Source: Camelus dromedarius (lineage: Eukaryota). From it: 64,000 nucleotides of DNA. The number at the start of each line of letters is the position of its first letter. The first letter of the stretch is position 1. The notes below the pieces were generated by a model. It worked only from the letters and a program-made list of their open reading frames with translations, had not been told where the DNA came from and made no database searches. Positions 11,946 through 25,199 of this stretch are shown here, in pieces. The position numbers and the translations under genes were made by a program. The DNA lies in assembly GCF_036321535.1 (NCBI RefSeq), contig NC_087437.1, positions 105,526,001 to 105,590,000 on the forward strand, written 5' to 3'.

Positions 11946-14164
11946 TAGAATAAATGCAAATCCCTCCTCCTTTGTCTCTGTTCTTTCTCTCTTTTTCATA
12001 TCACTAGAGAAAAAAATGAAACAGTCATCTGGTTGCAGCAGATTCTTAAACACTCAACTGTCTGCTTCATGGAGAGACGTGATTAAATAGCGTGTCCTTT
12101 TAAGAGAAGGACAATGACTGGTGGATAAAGATTTTTGTTTATTTGCTTACTTTCTTGGACCATGTATTTTCTCTCCCTAGTTATCATGTACATGGATTGA
12201 AATCAGGCACTAGACATTATTGGATCATGATATTTAATTTAGGGAATAGAAAAATAATCTCCACTGAAATCCATATCCCTAGTAGATCTAATGGATTCAA
12301 TTATCTTAACAAGCTGTCTGATGACTTAACCATATAACTAATTTCTGTTTATAGCTAAGGTATGGCATATGTAATGATTAATCAAGAAAGACATGCATAT
12401 TTTGGTATCTGAATTTTGAACAAAACTTTGAGTCTAAAGATTATTGAAAAAAATAAAATGTCAAATTGTTAGCACACTGTAACTATTTATACATGCATCA
12501 TAAAATATGGATAAATGAGCAAAATACAGTGTCAAGAAGAACACTGACAACAGAGTTAAAGAATGTAGCCTAAGAATTTTAAGGAAATTTGTTGTTCTTC
12601 AATTCAGATGTATCCCCAGATTTCTAACTTTCACCCAAAACAGGTACATCTTTTCATGAATGAATGTGATCTTTTTTCTCAAAAATACCAAAGCAATATA
12701 ATACATTTTCACAGAATTCAAAGAACTAGAACGTCACTGACTCATTGGAGGATCTGTTTCTGGTCAATAAGTTCATACAGTTTGCCCCTTCCAGACCACA
12801 TTGAGAGAGATTAATTTTTCCAGTGTGCGTGGATTTCATAGATTTGTGCTGTTTGTTACAACACCTGTCTATATGACTTTATGTTTGCCCATTCTTTAAC
12901 ATACATTTTGGGACATTGCATTACTCTGAATTTCAAAACCAGGAACCGCAGCCATGGATAAGCCCTAAAGTAGTCGTTTACATTTCTATCTTAAAGATCT
13001 ATTTCCTTATTTGTAATTACTGATAAAACAATACATAATTAATAAGTTTTTAAGTCAATAAAAATGTTTCATTTCTTTAACTGCTTGAGGGGGGAGAGAG
13101 AGAGAGAGAATGCATTGTGTGGATGTATAACTTACTATTTGAAATGCATTAGCCAAGTTTCTTGTAATTTTTAACAGTTTCCATGTAAATGACTTTGCTT
13201 GGCTGGTGATGTCAGGTCACGGGAGAGATAGTGTCCATTCTCAAATGACACCAGAATTATATGACACCAGAATTTTTAGCTATATCTGTTCAATTTAAGG
13301 CAGTTCTCACTTTTCCATTCTGACCATTTTTACGTTAATTCTAAAGAAAGAGATACACTAATATACAAGCTATCTTAGGTTTTACATTCTTATTTTATTT
13401 AAATATGTTTTATCTTGTTCCACAATACAGTTACAAATAATATTCCATCTTCTCTTTTCTCTGAAAACTCCAATTTAGATCCTACCTCAGAGAGCCTATA
13501 AAAGTATATCCTTCCAAGATTTTAACTTTTTTCAAAGGATCAGCTGTGAAACTCTGTGCTAAAATTCATTTAAGTAGGAAAAAATGCAAATAATAGAAAA
13601 CAAATACAAAATCCGTCTTTTCAAGATGAGAAATATTTTTTGCCAATTTGTTGGTCATAGTTCTTGTTTTATTTTCTGTTTAAACAGAGGAAGAGACTTT
13701 AAAATGAAAGTTCTTATTTTCTTTCAAAAAAGAGAATTAACTGTACTTTATACCATATCTTGGCAGCTGGTAGTCAGCTTACAAATGGTCTGCTTCTGTT
13801 GTGAAAGATAACAGAAGTCCCACTGAGACCATTGGCCACGGTGACTTGCTTCCAGCCAAAGGAGACAGGGAGACATGTAATGGTGTACATCTTCAAAAAC
13901 TCACACCACTAATTAGATCATTTTCATGATTCTATACATTTGCAAAGGCATTTTTGGTGTAATTGTAATAAGTATCTATTATAAATAGACCAATATATAC
14001 ATATTAAACACTGCATACATGTTTTAAAAAAGGAAAATGTCTCCCTTCTTACTCTAATCCCACTCTCCCCACCACAAAATTCAACAGATAATCACTTGAA
14101 AAATTTTAGCGAACATTTGTATCAGCTTTATATAGCTACTCAGTAAGACTCAAGAAATAGAAAG

Positions 14165-14340
14165 CAAGGCTACTAGAGAGTTTTAAGACAGAGATTTAGT
14201 ACCTTCTTCAAAGAGTTTTGGTACCTGACTAATAAGGTTGGTATGAGGATGCAGGATTTAGTACATCTGAACTCCAGGCACATAGTGGACATGATGTAGG
14301 TGTCTGATTTAAATTAAGTAATTAACTAATTAATCAATTA
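14165..14340 (+). mobile_element. L2 3' end fragment
   Basis: ccaggcacatagtggacatgatgtaggtgtctg followed by an (aatt)-like tail. Confidence 0.45.
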
Positions 14341-14407
14341 CACATAGGGTACTTAATGTACAATGTTAAAAAAACAAAACCAAAAATGCATCTTCTGGGA
14401 TGTGGTG

Positions 14408-14615
14408 GCCTGAGCTCAGATTTCAGATCTCCCACAATCTGTCCCTGTGACCTTGAGCTATGTACTTATTACCCCGTGGCGCACTTTCATTCCTTTTCTG
14501 TGAAATAAGGATGATGACAGTTTCTGCCTCGTGAGGTTGCAATAAAGATGAAATAAATGACTATTTGTCAAGTGCTGAGAACACGATGTAAGTATTTATG
14601 CAATAAAGTGCTACC
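14408..14615 (+). mobile_element. MIR
   Basis: ctgtgaccttgagctatgtactt...ctgtgaaataaggatgatgacagtttctgcctcgtgaggttgcaataaagatgaaataa...aagtgctgagaacac matches MIR core and 3' end. Confidence 0.85.
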
Positions 14616-14774
14616 AATGACAAAACAAAAGATTCATGAGAAATTAGTAGAACTAGAGCATCTCAACAAAAATAATTAAAGTAAATCCAATGACATATTA
14701 TACAGGACACAAGGAGACTAATAACTACCTTTATATCATGTTAATACTTATCACAGAGATGCCTATTCTTCAGA

Positions 14775-14818
14775 TACATGTGCGTGTGTGTGTGTGTTGT
14801 GTGTGTGTGTGTGTGTAT
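14775..14818. repeat. (TG)n microsatellite
   Basis: Directly visible in the sequence. Confidence 0.9.
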
Positions 14819-15151
14819 AATATACCATTCAAATAAGATACCTCATGGCTTTGTTTTTTTTTCTCTCAAACTTAACGTGATTTTTAAGCTAATTTAAAAT
14901 AACTGAAATGCAAAAATGGTTGTATTAAAAAATATTACTTTTCTGATTTAAAATGATACTACCTTAATCAAAAATGATTAGGATAATTGATTACTGTAAC
15001 TGAACAGAGATAAACAACAACAGAAAATAACAGTGTGTGTATACCAAATATAAATATATATATTTAAATATATAAATATAAGTACGTATATAAATATATA
15101 TATCAGGTCAAGTGATAAAATACCCTATAAGATGCAAATGCAGACTACATG

Positions 15152-15180
<29 letters not shown>
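15152..15180. repeat. (CA)n microsatellite
   Basis: Directly visible perfect run. Confidence 0.95.
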
Positions 15181-15182
<2 letters not shown>

Positions 15183-15354
15183 CCATGCACTCACAGATTT
15201 AGTTTGTAAAATAAGTTATCACTTCTGTCCATAGCATGAAATCTTTGGGGACAATATTAGGTCCTTGTTGCAAAAAGCACACAAAAGTATATCCTGAATG
15301 AAATAAATATTTAAAAACAATGACTATGAAAGTACCAAAATAAAGCTAAAAAAC

Positions 15355-15545
15355 AGCTGCCATTTAATGTCTTCTAGATACTATTTTAAGTGTTTTCTAT
15401 GTGTTCACTCACATAACCCTCGCAAAAACAGTGTTTTAGTTACAATCATCGACATTTTTAGCTGAGAAAACTGAGACACATTAAGCAGCTGCTCCAAGTT
15501 CACGTAGCTAATAGAGGACAAAGGTATTTTAAGTCCAATGACACT
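15355..15545 (-). mobile_element. MIR
   Basis: catttttagctgagaaaactgagacacattaagcagctgctccaagttcacgtagctaatagagg matches antisense MIR core. Confidence 0.8.
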
Positions 15546-15862
15546 GTAACAAATTTGCTTCCTGCAGATCTTGAGGCAAGGAAGAGCCCACCTGACTGAA
15601 GCTTCCAGGATAGCGTGAATTTCCTTCGCTGTGAGATCCAGGGCCCAAGGGGGAGCAGCCAGTACAACAGCTTCACCAATGTTGATTCTTTACCCAGAGC
15701 ATCACAATCATCGATGTTCCAGTTATATTATCCGTGGAGAGGCCCCTGATGAAATTACGGACGTCCTGTGTGCTCCGTGTGCCTTGTCCCTAACGGGCCC
15801 ACTTCATCAGCCTCTGCTAGTGAGATGTAGGGATACCTGCACCTCATTAGAACTATAATCAC
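15546..15862 (-). mobile_element. Probable LTR fragment, family not recognised
   Basis: GC- and CpG-richer block whose minus strand ends ...tttgttaca (CA terminus). I recall no matching consensus. Confidence 0.3.
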
Positions 15863-15981
15863 CTGTGAAAAAAAAGGAAACCAGTTATCATTAGGGACTA
15901 TTAGACACATGTTCTTGTTCTAACTCTTTTATCTCAGATTCTGTATTTGTCTCTTTGGTATCCAATTATCATGGGGCCAAT

Positions 15982-16705
15982 TATATTAACTATATTTTCT
16001 TATTTTCTGTATTTTTGATGCTCTGGCATTTGGGAGCCTACAGACTCAAGGAGAAACTGCCCTTCCCAGGGCTAGCAAATTCCTAAGGATGATAACAACT
16101 TGGCTATGAGTAAAGCCCCTTTATTTCAGTCTCACATATCAAGCCTTTATGTCCCTGCCCTAAATCATCCCAGGCCAAGCACCAGACAACTAGGACCAGC
16201 CCCTATGGCCCAAAGACTTGCCTCGACTTCCCCATGGAAACCCCAATAAAGGCTTGGACTCAGGTTTTCTTTTACTTCCTTCTGTCTTTAACCATCATCC
16301 AATACTTCCCCTGTGTTTCTGTGTGACATGGTATGATGTGTCTTTTTCACTCAAGAAATGTAAGTAATAAATACTTTTTTTTAGTTCCCAGTTTCATTGA
16401 GATATAATTAGCACACAACACTGTACAAGGTTAAGTTATACAGTATAACGATTTGCTTTATACATATAGTGAAGTAATTGCCACAATAAGCTTAGTTAAC
16501 ATCCATATCTTAGGCAGATATGAAAAAAAAGAGACAGGAAAAGAAAAATCTTTTTCCTTGTTATGAGCACACAGGATATACTCACTTAACAAGTTTCAAA
16601 AATACCATACAGCATCAATAAATTCTCCTTTAACGGCGTTGGCCTCTCTGTGTTGTCAGTTAGTCATACCGTTATACATTAAACCCCAGGTGGAATTTTA
16701 TGACA
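15982..16705 (+). mobile_element. MER74-like ERVL LTR interrupted by an L1
   Basis: tatattaactatattttcttattttctgtatttttgatgctctggcatttggg...actgcccttcccagggctagcaaattccta matches the recalled MER74 5' end. The LTR resumes at about 16617 and ends ...tgaca at 16705. Confidence 0.8.
16376..16616 (-). mobile_element. L1 3' end (L1MA9-related, laurasiatherian) nested in the LTR
   Basis: Poly-T then cccagtttcattgagatataatt...ccacaataagcttagttaacatcca. TSD aataaatact (16366-16375) / aataaattct (16617-16626). Confidence 0.85.
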
Positions 16706-18363
16706 GTTCTATTGTGTCACTCTGTGGTCCCCATGTTTGCAGTGACAGCTTGCAAGTGGCTTCCTCAGTACACTCTGTGTGATATAATTGTTCACTCTTA
16801 GCAACATAATACAGATGTTAGCTTTCTATCGATTGGAATATTCAAAATTGTGTTTTAGTTAATATTATATAACATCCTCATAAGATTGAGACTGGACTGG
16901 CTTTCTCCAAAATGTAATACCTAAAAAATGATTGCTGTTTTAAAGGTGAAAAATATATATATATATATGCTAAGGTTCTAGCTAATTCAAAATAATATGC
17001 CTAATACCAAAGTCAGACAAGAACCCACTGCATCCTCAGGGATTGGCTCACTGTCCCAGGATTGCAGCAATGTAAAGTCCTCCTCTGGATGGACTCACCC
17101 TGTGTCCTTTGAAGCCAACTCAACCTTCCAATCTCTGCTGCTCTCCCAAGTGCTCCTCTCTGCTTCTCCAGAAGACATCAGTAGCTGCTCCACGCCTTAC
17201 TGACAGTCCCCGAAGGGAGCAGCCTGAGCAGCGGTATGTGTGGAGCTGCAACAGTCAGCAGACCTGACAGCAGTTAGCACAATGGAGTGCAAGTAGAGAA
17301 CGACACGAAAATAAAAATGGAAGAGAAGCAAGATCAAGAGGAGCTAGATGTGAGCCTGTGGTTGCCCAGGTAATAGGACTGGATTGAGTTTGAGGATGAA
17401 AGGAAACTGCTCATCCAGGTGAGAAGAGAATTTAGGGTAAGGTGAGACTACAAAGTGAATTGGGTTTTAGATAAATTGTTAAGTTAGTCTCAGTGCTGAG
17501 AGTCCCCCAGTATCTAGGATAGTAGAATTTCTCAAGAGCATTAAATACAGTGACTTGAACTGTACTTTAAAGTGTTAAAAACGTACATTTTCTCTGTCTC
17601 ATTTTCTCAGAAGTTCATCACTGAAAATGCCTACTGAGACCCTGTTAAATGCATGTTTGATTAAGCAGGACTAAAATTAAAATCAAGAAAAGTCTTCTTC
17701 ACTAATATTTTGTTGGCTAAACAAAGTCAGTTATTGTCTATCACTCTAATTTCATTTACACTGAGATTATTTTTGTTTCTTTGGTTTTAATTATTCTTCC
17801 AACCCATTCACTGTTATTTACATTTATATTTTAAATCAATGTTGTATATCATTTTAAATGATATGTTTTAAAACATCTGTTTTAATTATGCTTTCTCTCT
17901 TATTACCATCCTCGCTGCAGCTGCTTCTCTCATTGACTGCCACCAGAAGTTTATTTTGCTTTATTTTTCAATTTTGTTTTCTTCTTTCATGCAAGGAGAT
18001 TTTTTTTTCCACATTAGAGCAACTATCTCCTTCATTAGTTTCTTTTTCTAATAGTTGATTATGTGTTCAACAAAGAAGAAACAGTGCTGACGCAAGTCAC
18101 AGAGAGGAAACAGCAGTGAATGAACTCCAGGGGCAGAACAGCTTTGCATGCTTAGTTGGAGATTGGTTGCAGTTGGCCATGGATTCTACCCTGTATGACC
18201 CCACCATCGACGTGACGTTAAGAGCAGAGGACTTGAAATTGGGCACAAGAGATTGATGCAATTTTCCTGGCTTCTGACACTACCCAAAAATCCTCACTGA
18301 TACCTTTAATAGTATTAGGAAATACTTGTGAAATAGATACATATGGAGAAACCCATTTTAGAA

Positions 18364-18401
18364 GTGTGTGTGTGCATGTGCGTGTGCGTGTGTGTGTGTG
18401 T
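18364..18401. repeat. (TG)n/(TGCG) microsatellite
   Basis: Directly visible in the sequence. Confidence 0.9.
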
Positions 18402-18954
18402 ATTTATTTATTTATTTCTGCTGAGCTGGCAATTTTAGGGCTTAAGAAGAAGCAAAGAGATAAGAGTTAGGTATTACCCCTTCAAGCTTAGATTGGATAC
18501 ACTGTTTAAATCTTCTCAACATAAAGTTGAGTTTTCCGCCTGGGATGGCTAATAAGACTTCAAGATTAAACACAGATCACATGTTGTATCATTACATTGA
18601 TACACCTAAAATTAAAATATCATTACTTAAATGAGACACTGAACAGTACTTCTACACTTGTAACTTCATATCTGAAACACCTACAGTGAAAAGTTTTGTG
18701 GTATTGAAATAATCAATGTTCAAGAGCACTAGAGAAGCTTAGAGCAGTTTCACACCATTAGATCTCCAGGACAATGCTAAACTGACATAGTCTTCACTAG
18801 TAGATGAGAAAGGAGAAAATCAGGACACGTAATGAACCTGCCAAAAGGCACAAATATATTAGGAAAACAGAAGTGGTCATAGAATCTCAGCCTGTTAGCT
18901 TCAATGTTAGTTTTCTTTCCTCCTACATGGGGGTAATAAATTGTCACCAGTCTC

Positions 18955-19040
18955 AGGGCCAGGAGACTGAGATTCTAACTCCAGCTCCATCATTCACAAG
19001 TTATTTGGCCACTGGAAATTCATTTTGCATCTCTGGGACC
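18955..19040 (+). mobile_element. MIR fragment
   Basis: ccaggagactgagattctaactccagctccatcattcacaagttatttggccactggaaattcattttgcatctctggg resembles the MIR 5' half. Confidence 0.6.
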
Positions 19041-21151
19041 AGATACAGAGATAAGGTCCAGTGTTTCCCTTTTAACAATAATGGCAAATTATCTAACAAT
19101 ACTAATATGTTGCAAAATGTCCACATGGGGACCATAGTCTTTTAATATTTATGGTAAAATAATAAATATTGTAATTACACAGTAATGAAGTTTCTAAAAT
19201 GCATTTATTTAATTTACCTACCATGTAAGTGAATGGACCAAAACATTTATTTTACTTTAAAAAAATGGTTAATTTTAAGAAGTGTGAATTATTTAACAAG
19301 AGATTCAAAAATTTCCAAATTTCAGTGATTTTATTTTATTTAATCTTTTTAAACCAAGCCAGCAAATGTCAAGTCTTTAATAATAGTTAACTTAGGAACA
19401 GAAATTCCAAATGCATTCTGATTTGGGATTACTTTGGTTAAAGTAATTGTTTCTTAATATTCTACGCTTGGTTTTCCATTCCATGCCTTTGCTCTGCCAG
19501 AGTTTTTACATGTATCACAACAATGTATAGAGAAGACAGCCTAGAGAAATACACTCTGAAGTTTCTAAATGACAGGTATGAAAAAAATTTTTCTCTTACT
19601 TTTTAAAAAAATGTATTTGGACAGTTTGTATAAAATTACAAAATTTGTTTTTGAAACAATCAACCTATTCATTTAAATTTACACATATAGAAATAAATTT
19701 AGAATGACAAATCACTTCATTTTAGCTTGTAATTCTTGCAGAACCCTATTCTGAGGCTTGTATTCATAAATTCTGAATAAAAATAATTCCTCCTATGATA
19801 GTAAAAAAGATAATAAAAGAAATGTGTCATAATATAGTATCTAAATGGAACTAGGAAAAACTTTACATGAATACCTACACTAGCTGCAGGGGTATTTCCT
19901 TGCTAAGAGAGCTATTTGTCAAAGACACAGTGAAAAATAATCTATTGTTTTCAAAATTCTTTTGAAAAGATTAAAATAAATTCTTATAACCAGATGGCTA
20001 ATGTTAGAGGTAGTCAAAGGAGTTTTGTTTTTGTTTTTAAATTGAGCAGAAGGCCACTGACCTAAATACACACGTGGCTTTTAAATGAATTACTGGATTA
20101 TTAGAATGATACACATTGTAACCTTTTTTCAGGTATGAAAGTACTGAGAAACCATCATAATAAAGCATTAAACTTTTTAGAGCAAGTTTAAAAGTGCAAT
20201 TTATAAAAGCATGAATTTGATGAGTTTGTGACTCCAGAATAGAAAAGTGCTGAATGTTTATGGATAAAGACCAGAGCATTTCACAGTCTCTTCACTGGAG
20301 CTGTAAAGTTCTGTATGGTTTTCACTCAGGGTAACTAAGTACTATTGATTTTAGTTCATTTGGTTGCAAATAGTAGTCATATAAAGGCTGCCTGAATAAG
20401 AAATTTTTTTAATAAAAATGAAGGAATATTATACAGGTGGCCTATTTTTCTGTCTTTTTTTAACTTATAACCCCCAAAATATTATCACTAGCCAACTGTA
20501 GGTCTCTCATACAGTCTCCTAAGACATGAATGTCAGTTGGTTGGTAATATTTGCATTTATGTTTCTGAAATAGATGTGAAACAGTGAGGGAAAATGTACC
20601 AGTCAGACACAAAAGTGTTAATATTCATCTAAGCTCTGACTGTTATAAAATATGTTTTGGGGCACATCAGTCACAATATCAACTCTTTTTTCATTCCTCT
20701 AATTTATTGCTTTAAAATTCTCCACCATTACTCAACACAATGGTTATACATTGTGTTCTAAACACAGGAAATAACAAAGTGTTCATTTGCTTTAGTAATA
20801 AATGCAACTAATGCAGGAGAGATTTCAGGCAGGCCTAAAGTCTGGACTGAATAATGTTATGTAATATCTGAGAAACTGATTTTGGGAGATTGACCTTCAG
20901 GTCAGTCATTTCTGTCTAGAGGAGTGCCCACAAGCCACGGATCTACCAGTATTGTTGGTCACACACACCCTCATGTAGAAGTTTCCTCCATCAGTTGGGA
21001 GAATGCTGATGAATTTCATAACCATCAGTGTTGGAAGAGGTATCATTTAATTTACTTTTCTTTCTTGTAAAAAAAGTTTCCAATAAATAACATGTTCTTA
21101 ACCAATTACACACTCCTTCAATGTTCAAGCTTTCTTGTGGCTTTATCGTAG

Positions 21152-21229
21152 CATAACATAAAACAGCAACATAACATAGCACAACAACACTACACAACAT
21201 AATATAACACAACATAACAACATAATACA
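21152..21229. repeat. Degenerate (AACAT)n pentamer repeat
   Basis: cataacataaaacagcaacataacatagcacaacaacactacacaacataatataacacaacataac. Confidence 0.75.
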
Positions 21230-21329
21230 AAGTGTCTTGAGTATCTTTGTCAAAGAGCTGTTTTGCTTCCTTCACTTTTGTGGTGAGCTTTGAAAACAGT
21301 CTCAGTTGAAAAATGTCTCACCTGCTCTC

Positions 21330-23175
21330 TGGAAACTTTTGGAAAAATAAGTCAGTAATTAATTTTTCCTTGAAATAAAACCAACTCTAGATGTCTCTCA
21401 TTTCATGAAGAATCAATGAATAGTTAATTGTAAGCTTATCAAAACTCTTTTATATAATCAAAAAGTGCAATCTCAAATTTATTATCCAAGTATAAAATGG
21501 CCTTGATACCAAAAACAAAAAGAAACAGTGAAAGGATCATTATACATTTATCTCACTGATAATGATTGATTTAAGAATCCTAATCTAAATATTAGTAAAC
21601 TGAGCTCAGTAACATATTAAAAAATATTAATACAGAGTGACCCAGTTGGGTGAAAATTATGAATACAAAAGTATTTTAGTATTATTTAATTGATTACTGT
21701 GACTTCCTGTAATGAAATAGATTAACAGAGAAAAACAGTATTTTCATTTAAATCAATGTACAAAGTTCAGTACTATTTAGTAACTCCTATCAAACTATTT
21801 GATCTGATAAGAGACATGTGCATAAAAACTTAAAGCAAAACCATGTGTAGTGGTGAAAATTACAATATTTGTTGAAATATATTAATAACAATGATAAATA
21901 AATAAATGCAGAGAGAAAGAGGGAAAATATGTTCTTGTAGAGAAAAAATTTAATAGAAAGGAGATAACAGGTGTTTCCTTAATGATCATTAGGATCAGTA
22001 CAATTAAAAAAAAAAACACAGTTGGATGTTTGTAGTATGTCACAAATGCAGGCGAAATGGCTGAGAGTAACTGAGACTACTAAAAAAAAAGCAGTTTAGT
22101 AATAGGTTTTCTATCAGATCTTAGGATAGATGATAAAATTTTAGTGATTAAGATTCAGTGGTATTTATGTAAGAATAAACAAATGGATCATTGGTTTCAA
22201 AGACTGAACCCAGGATCATATTAAAGAATATATAGGAAACTTAGCTTATTTCAGAGAATGTATTTCAGATAATTTAAAAATGTTTATCTATGAAGTCATA
22301 CAGAGATGCTACTAACAATTCATAAGTTCTTTAATTTGGAAATTGTATTGTTTACTGTAGAAAAAAATAATACAAAGACAGTAAGTGCTGTTTGGACAGT
22401 TGTTTCTGAAACTGAAACCAGATACCTACCTCATAGCGTGTATGAAATTCAATTTCATTTGTGTGAAAGAATTAGAAAGAGAAAGCTTCTAACACTTTTA
22501 GAAGACAATATTGAAGAATTAATACCTTTATATTCTGCATAGGGATATAGAAGGAAAGAAATGCAAATTATAATGCAAGTGTTTGATAACATAGATTATG
22601 TAAAATTCCAAAGAAAGCATACACTGAAGAGAAAAAAAAACCCATATGTCAGGATAATACTGTATCCAACAAAGAAATTTTAATCAGAATATAAAGAAGT
22701 CCCATCAGTCATCACAATAGGGAAAACAATCAGATGGTAAAATGATTAAGTAAAGAGGCATTTCACAGAATACAAATACAAATTGTCCATAAACTTATGA
22801 AAATATACTTAAGCTCATTAAAATTAGGAAAATAAGTGCAACCCAAAGAAATGCAATTTTACATGTAAAAGTTTGGCAAAAAATTAAATTGAAATTTATT
22901 AATAGCATATACTGCTTAGGATGCATAGAAATCAGGAATTTTGTCCATCACTGTTGAGTGTAATTGGTACCATCACTTTGGATTACTTAGCAACATGCAG
23001 AGAGTTGAACATGGACTCCAGGCACGCACATGGGGAAATCAAGAAGGCCACATGACTGACGACAAAGGATCTATTTCCTAATCTCAGTGGTGGGGACATG
23101 GACCTTCATTCCTCTTTTATTCTTTAATCTGAACAGACCATAAAAATAAATAAATTTATTTTCTACAATAAAAAG
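21330..23175 (+). mobile_element. Ancient L1 (L1ME-like): decayed ORF2 from the RT region to the 3'UTR
   Basis: About 21497 onward reads, through stops and frameshifts, LIPK...ISL..ID..IL..IL.N...HIKK, matching L1 RT. LLEDNI in ORF 22306-22542 resembles ORF2 KLLEENI. An L1ME-type tail lies near 23070-23175. Confidence 0.8.
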
Positions 23176-23689
23176 TAATAGAAGAATACATGCAGAAGTG
23201 TTGCTAAGCTAACTGTACACTGGCATTGCTAACATGCAGCACGTTTTAAGCGGTGCATGTATGTATTTATGTTTTGCTGCTATTTTAATTATAAGAAAAG
23301 ACTTCAAAAAATTTAGATATCACTTAAACCTTCAACTTAGTTCAAGTCATATTCATAGATCACTGAGCATAATTCACTGTATATATATCACACACTAATA
23401 GTCTCTTGTCATACTTTATAAAAACTCATATGACAAGGCCACAGATCCACAGTAATTTAATGTAATGATATGGAATATAAATGAACCAAAAATAAGGCAT
23501 TAAAAGTCCCATTATATCTAAATTATCATAGGGATGCTAATATTCTCATTTCTGTCACTGTCAGAATTTTTAAACAGGTTATGGAAGGTGTGATGATTTT
23601 TCCACACTAATCAGGGGGTAACTTTAAAAAGGGGGAAAAAAACCATGAAGTATAAACACAAGTAAAAATATACCCAGTATTTAATCAAC

Positions 23690-23850
23690 ACAACATTATA
23701 TTATAGGTACTATACTTGTTCCCATTTTACAGATGAGAAAAAGTATACAGAGGAATCTAACATCTTGCTCATGGTCATAATCTCTAAGTGGTAAAACTAG
23801 AATAAAACCCAGTGTTTCTCCAATATCCGTGGCCTAAATCGCTATGTATA
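23690..23850 (-). mobile_element. MIR
   Basis: cccattttacagatgagaaa...cagagg...cttgctcatggtcata...aagtggtaaaactagaataaaacccag matches antisense MIR. Confidence 0.85.
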
Positions 23851-24734
23851 AAACACTAACAGGCATAAACATAGGGTTCCAGCCCAAACCTGTGCTGAAA
23901 ACACCATCCAAGATAAAAAGAGGGTGTCTGAGCTTTATATTACTAGTGAGAAGATGTAAACCCAATCTGTCTGATCACGAAGGCTAGGCTCCTTACCGCC
24001 CTCAAATGAAAGTCAGAAAAGGGATCTTAGAATGTACGTGATCTGAACCAGTCTGGTGTCCTTATCAGTGCCAAACATACCTCTTTTAGGGTTTCATTCA
24101 ATTTGCTTATCATTGTTGAATCTTCTGTTTAATTCATTTTTGGCTGTCTCCTTGCCTGTGTTGATACGGTGTTTGAAAGTTCTCTTTGCATTTCATATTT
24201 ATACTCTCTGAAACTTACACTTTACTTTTACCTTTCCCCATTCTCCAGTTACTGGGGCAGCCCAGTCCATTCTCACGTGGAGGCTTGTCTCTGGAGAGTC
24301 AAATCCAGGCAGAAACTGTTTCATTTTACAGTGGGGAACAGTTATATAAAAACCTTTCTTTGTTTTCTTCACTGTGTTTCACTTTCTAAGAAACTTTTGG
24401 AGCTTTCTGGAATTTTTCTTGTAGCCTCCTCCCTAACCCCATAATGTACACACAACGGCACATACATCGTAACTCCATTCCCTGACACTTTTACTAAGTT
24501 CATCCTTTAATATAAATATGGTCAACCTATACATCTGCTCAGAAATACTTGATGGTGCCTTTTTTCTATAAAATAAATTTAAAATCTTTAGCATTGGAAA
24601 AAAGTAAGCCTTTAAATTGCTCACATGTACATTTTTGTGAAATAATACCGTTTTACGATTGTTGGAAAACTTCATTGTTTGCCTACTCAGTAAATATCCA
24701 TGCCATTTTCCTTCCTAATAGAACCCATTTTTGA

Positions 24735-25199
24735 AGATACATACCTGTTCCCGCTAATTCCATCATGCTTCAAGAGAAGCTAAAACCAGTCTTGAGGTAA
24801 CCTTCAGTATCTTACAGAGATGGGTGCAGGAGTGGACTACAATCCTACTACCATGACTAGTTGAAATGGACTCAGAAACTTCAGAGAGTTTTCCTATTTT
24901 GAAGAGAAACTGCAAGAAGAGATAGGATTCTCATTTTCTTCATGGTGCTGTCGTCCCCGGGGCTGTAAAGATGGGAATGGATATAGCCATCTTACTACCA
25001 GCCTGAGAATGATCTAACATAAGAGAGGCAGGATAGAAAGAGTCTGGGTTTTTAAAATGCTGTTGAACTGCTGAAACAATCACCCCTGAAGAACCACCCC
25101 CTGTAGATTTCCTTCATGTAGGAGCATATATTTTATTCTTGATTAAACCAATTTGAGACAAAATTCCATTGCTCACAGGTAAAAATATCCTAAAATGTA
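24735..25199 (+). mobile_element. MaLR LTR (MLT1J/K/L-like)
   Basis: gccatcttactaccagcctgagaatga...tgttgaactgctgaaacaatcacccctgaag...ttaaaccaatttgag...aaaatatcctaa is typical of old MLT1 3' halves. Confidence 0.7.

Noticed and set aside
12608..12643. 36-nt AG...GT-bounded segment beginning with ATG
   Set aside because: The donor (gtacat) is weak and the peptide is not recognised.
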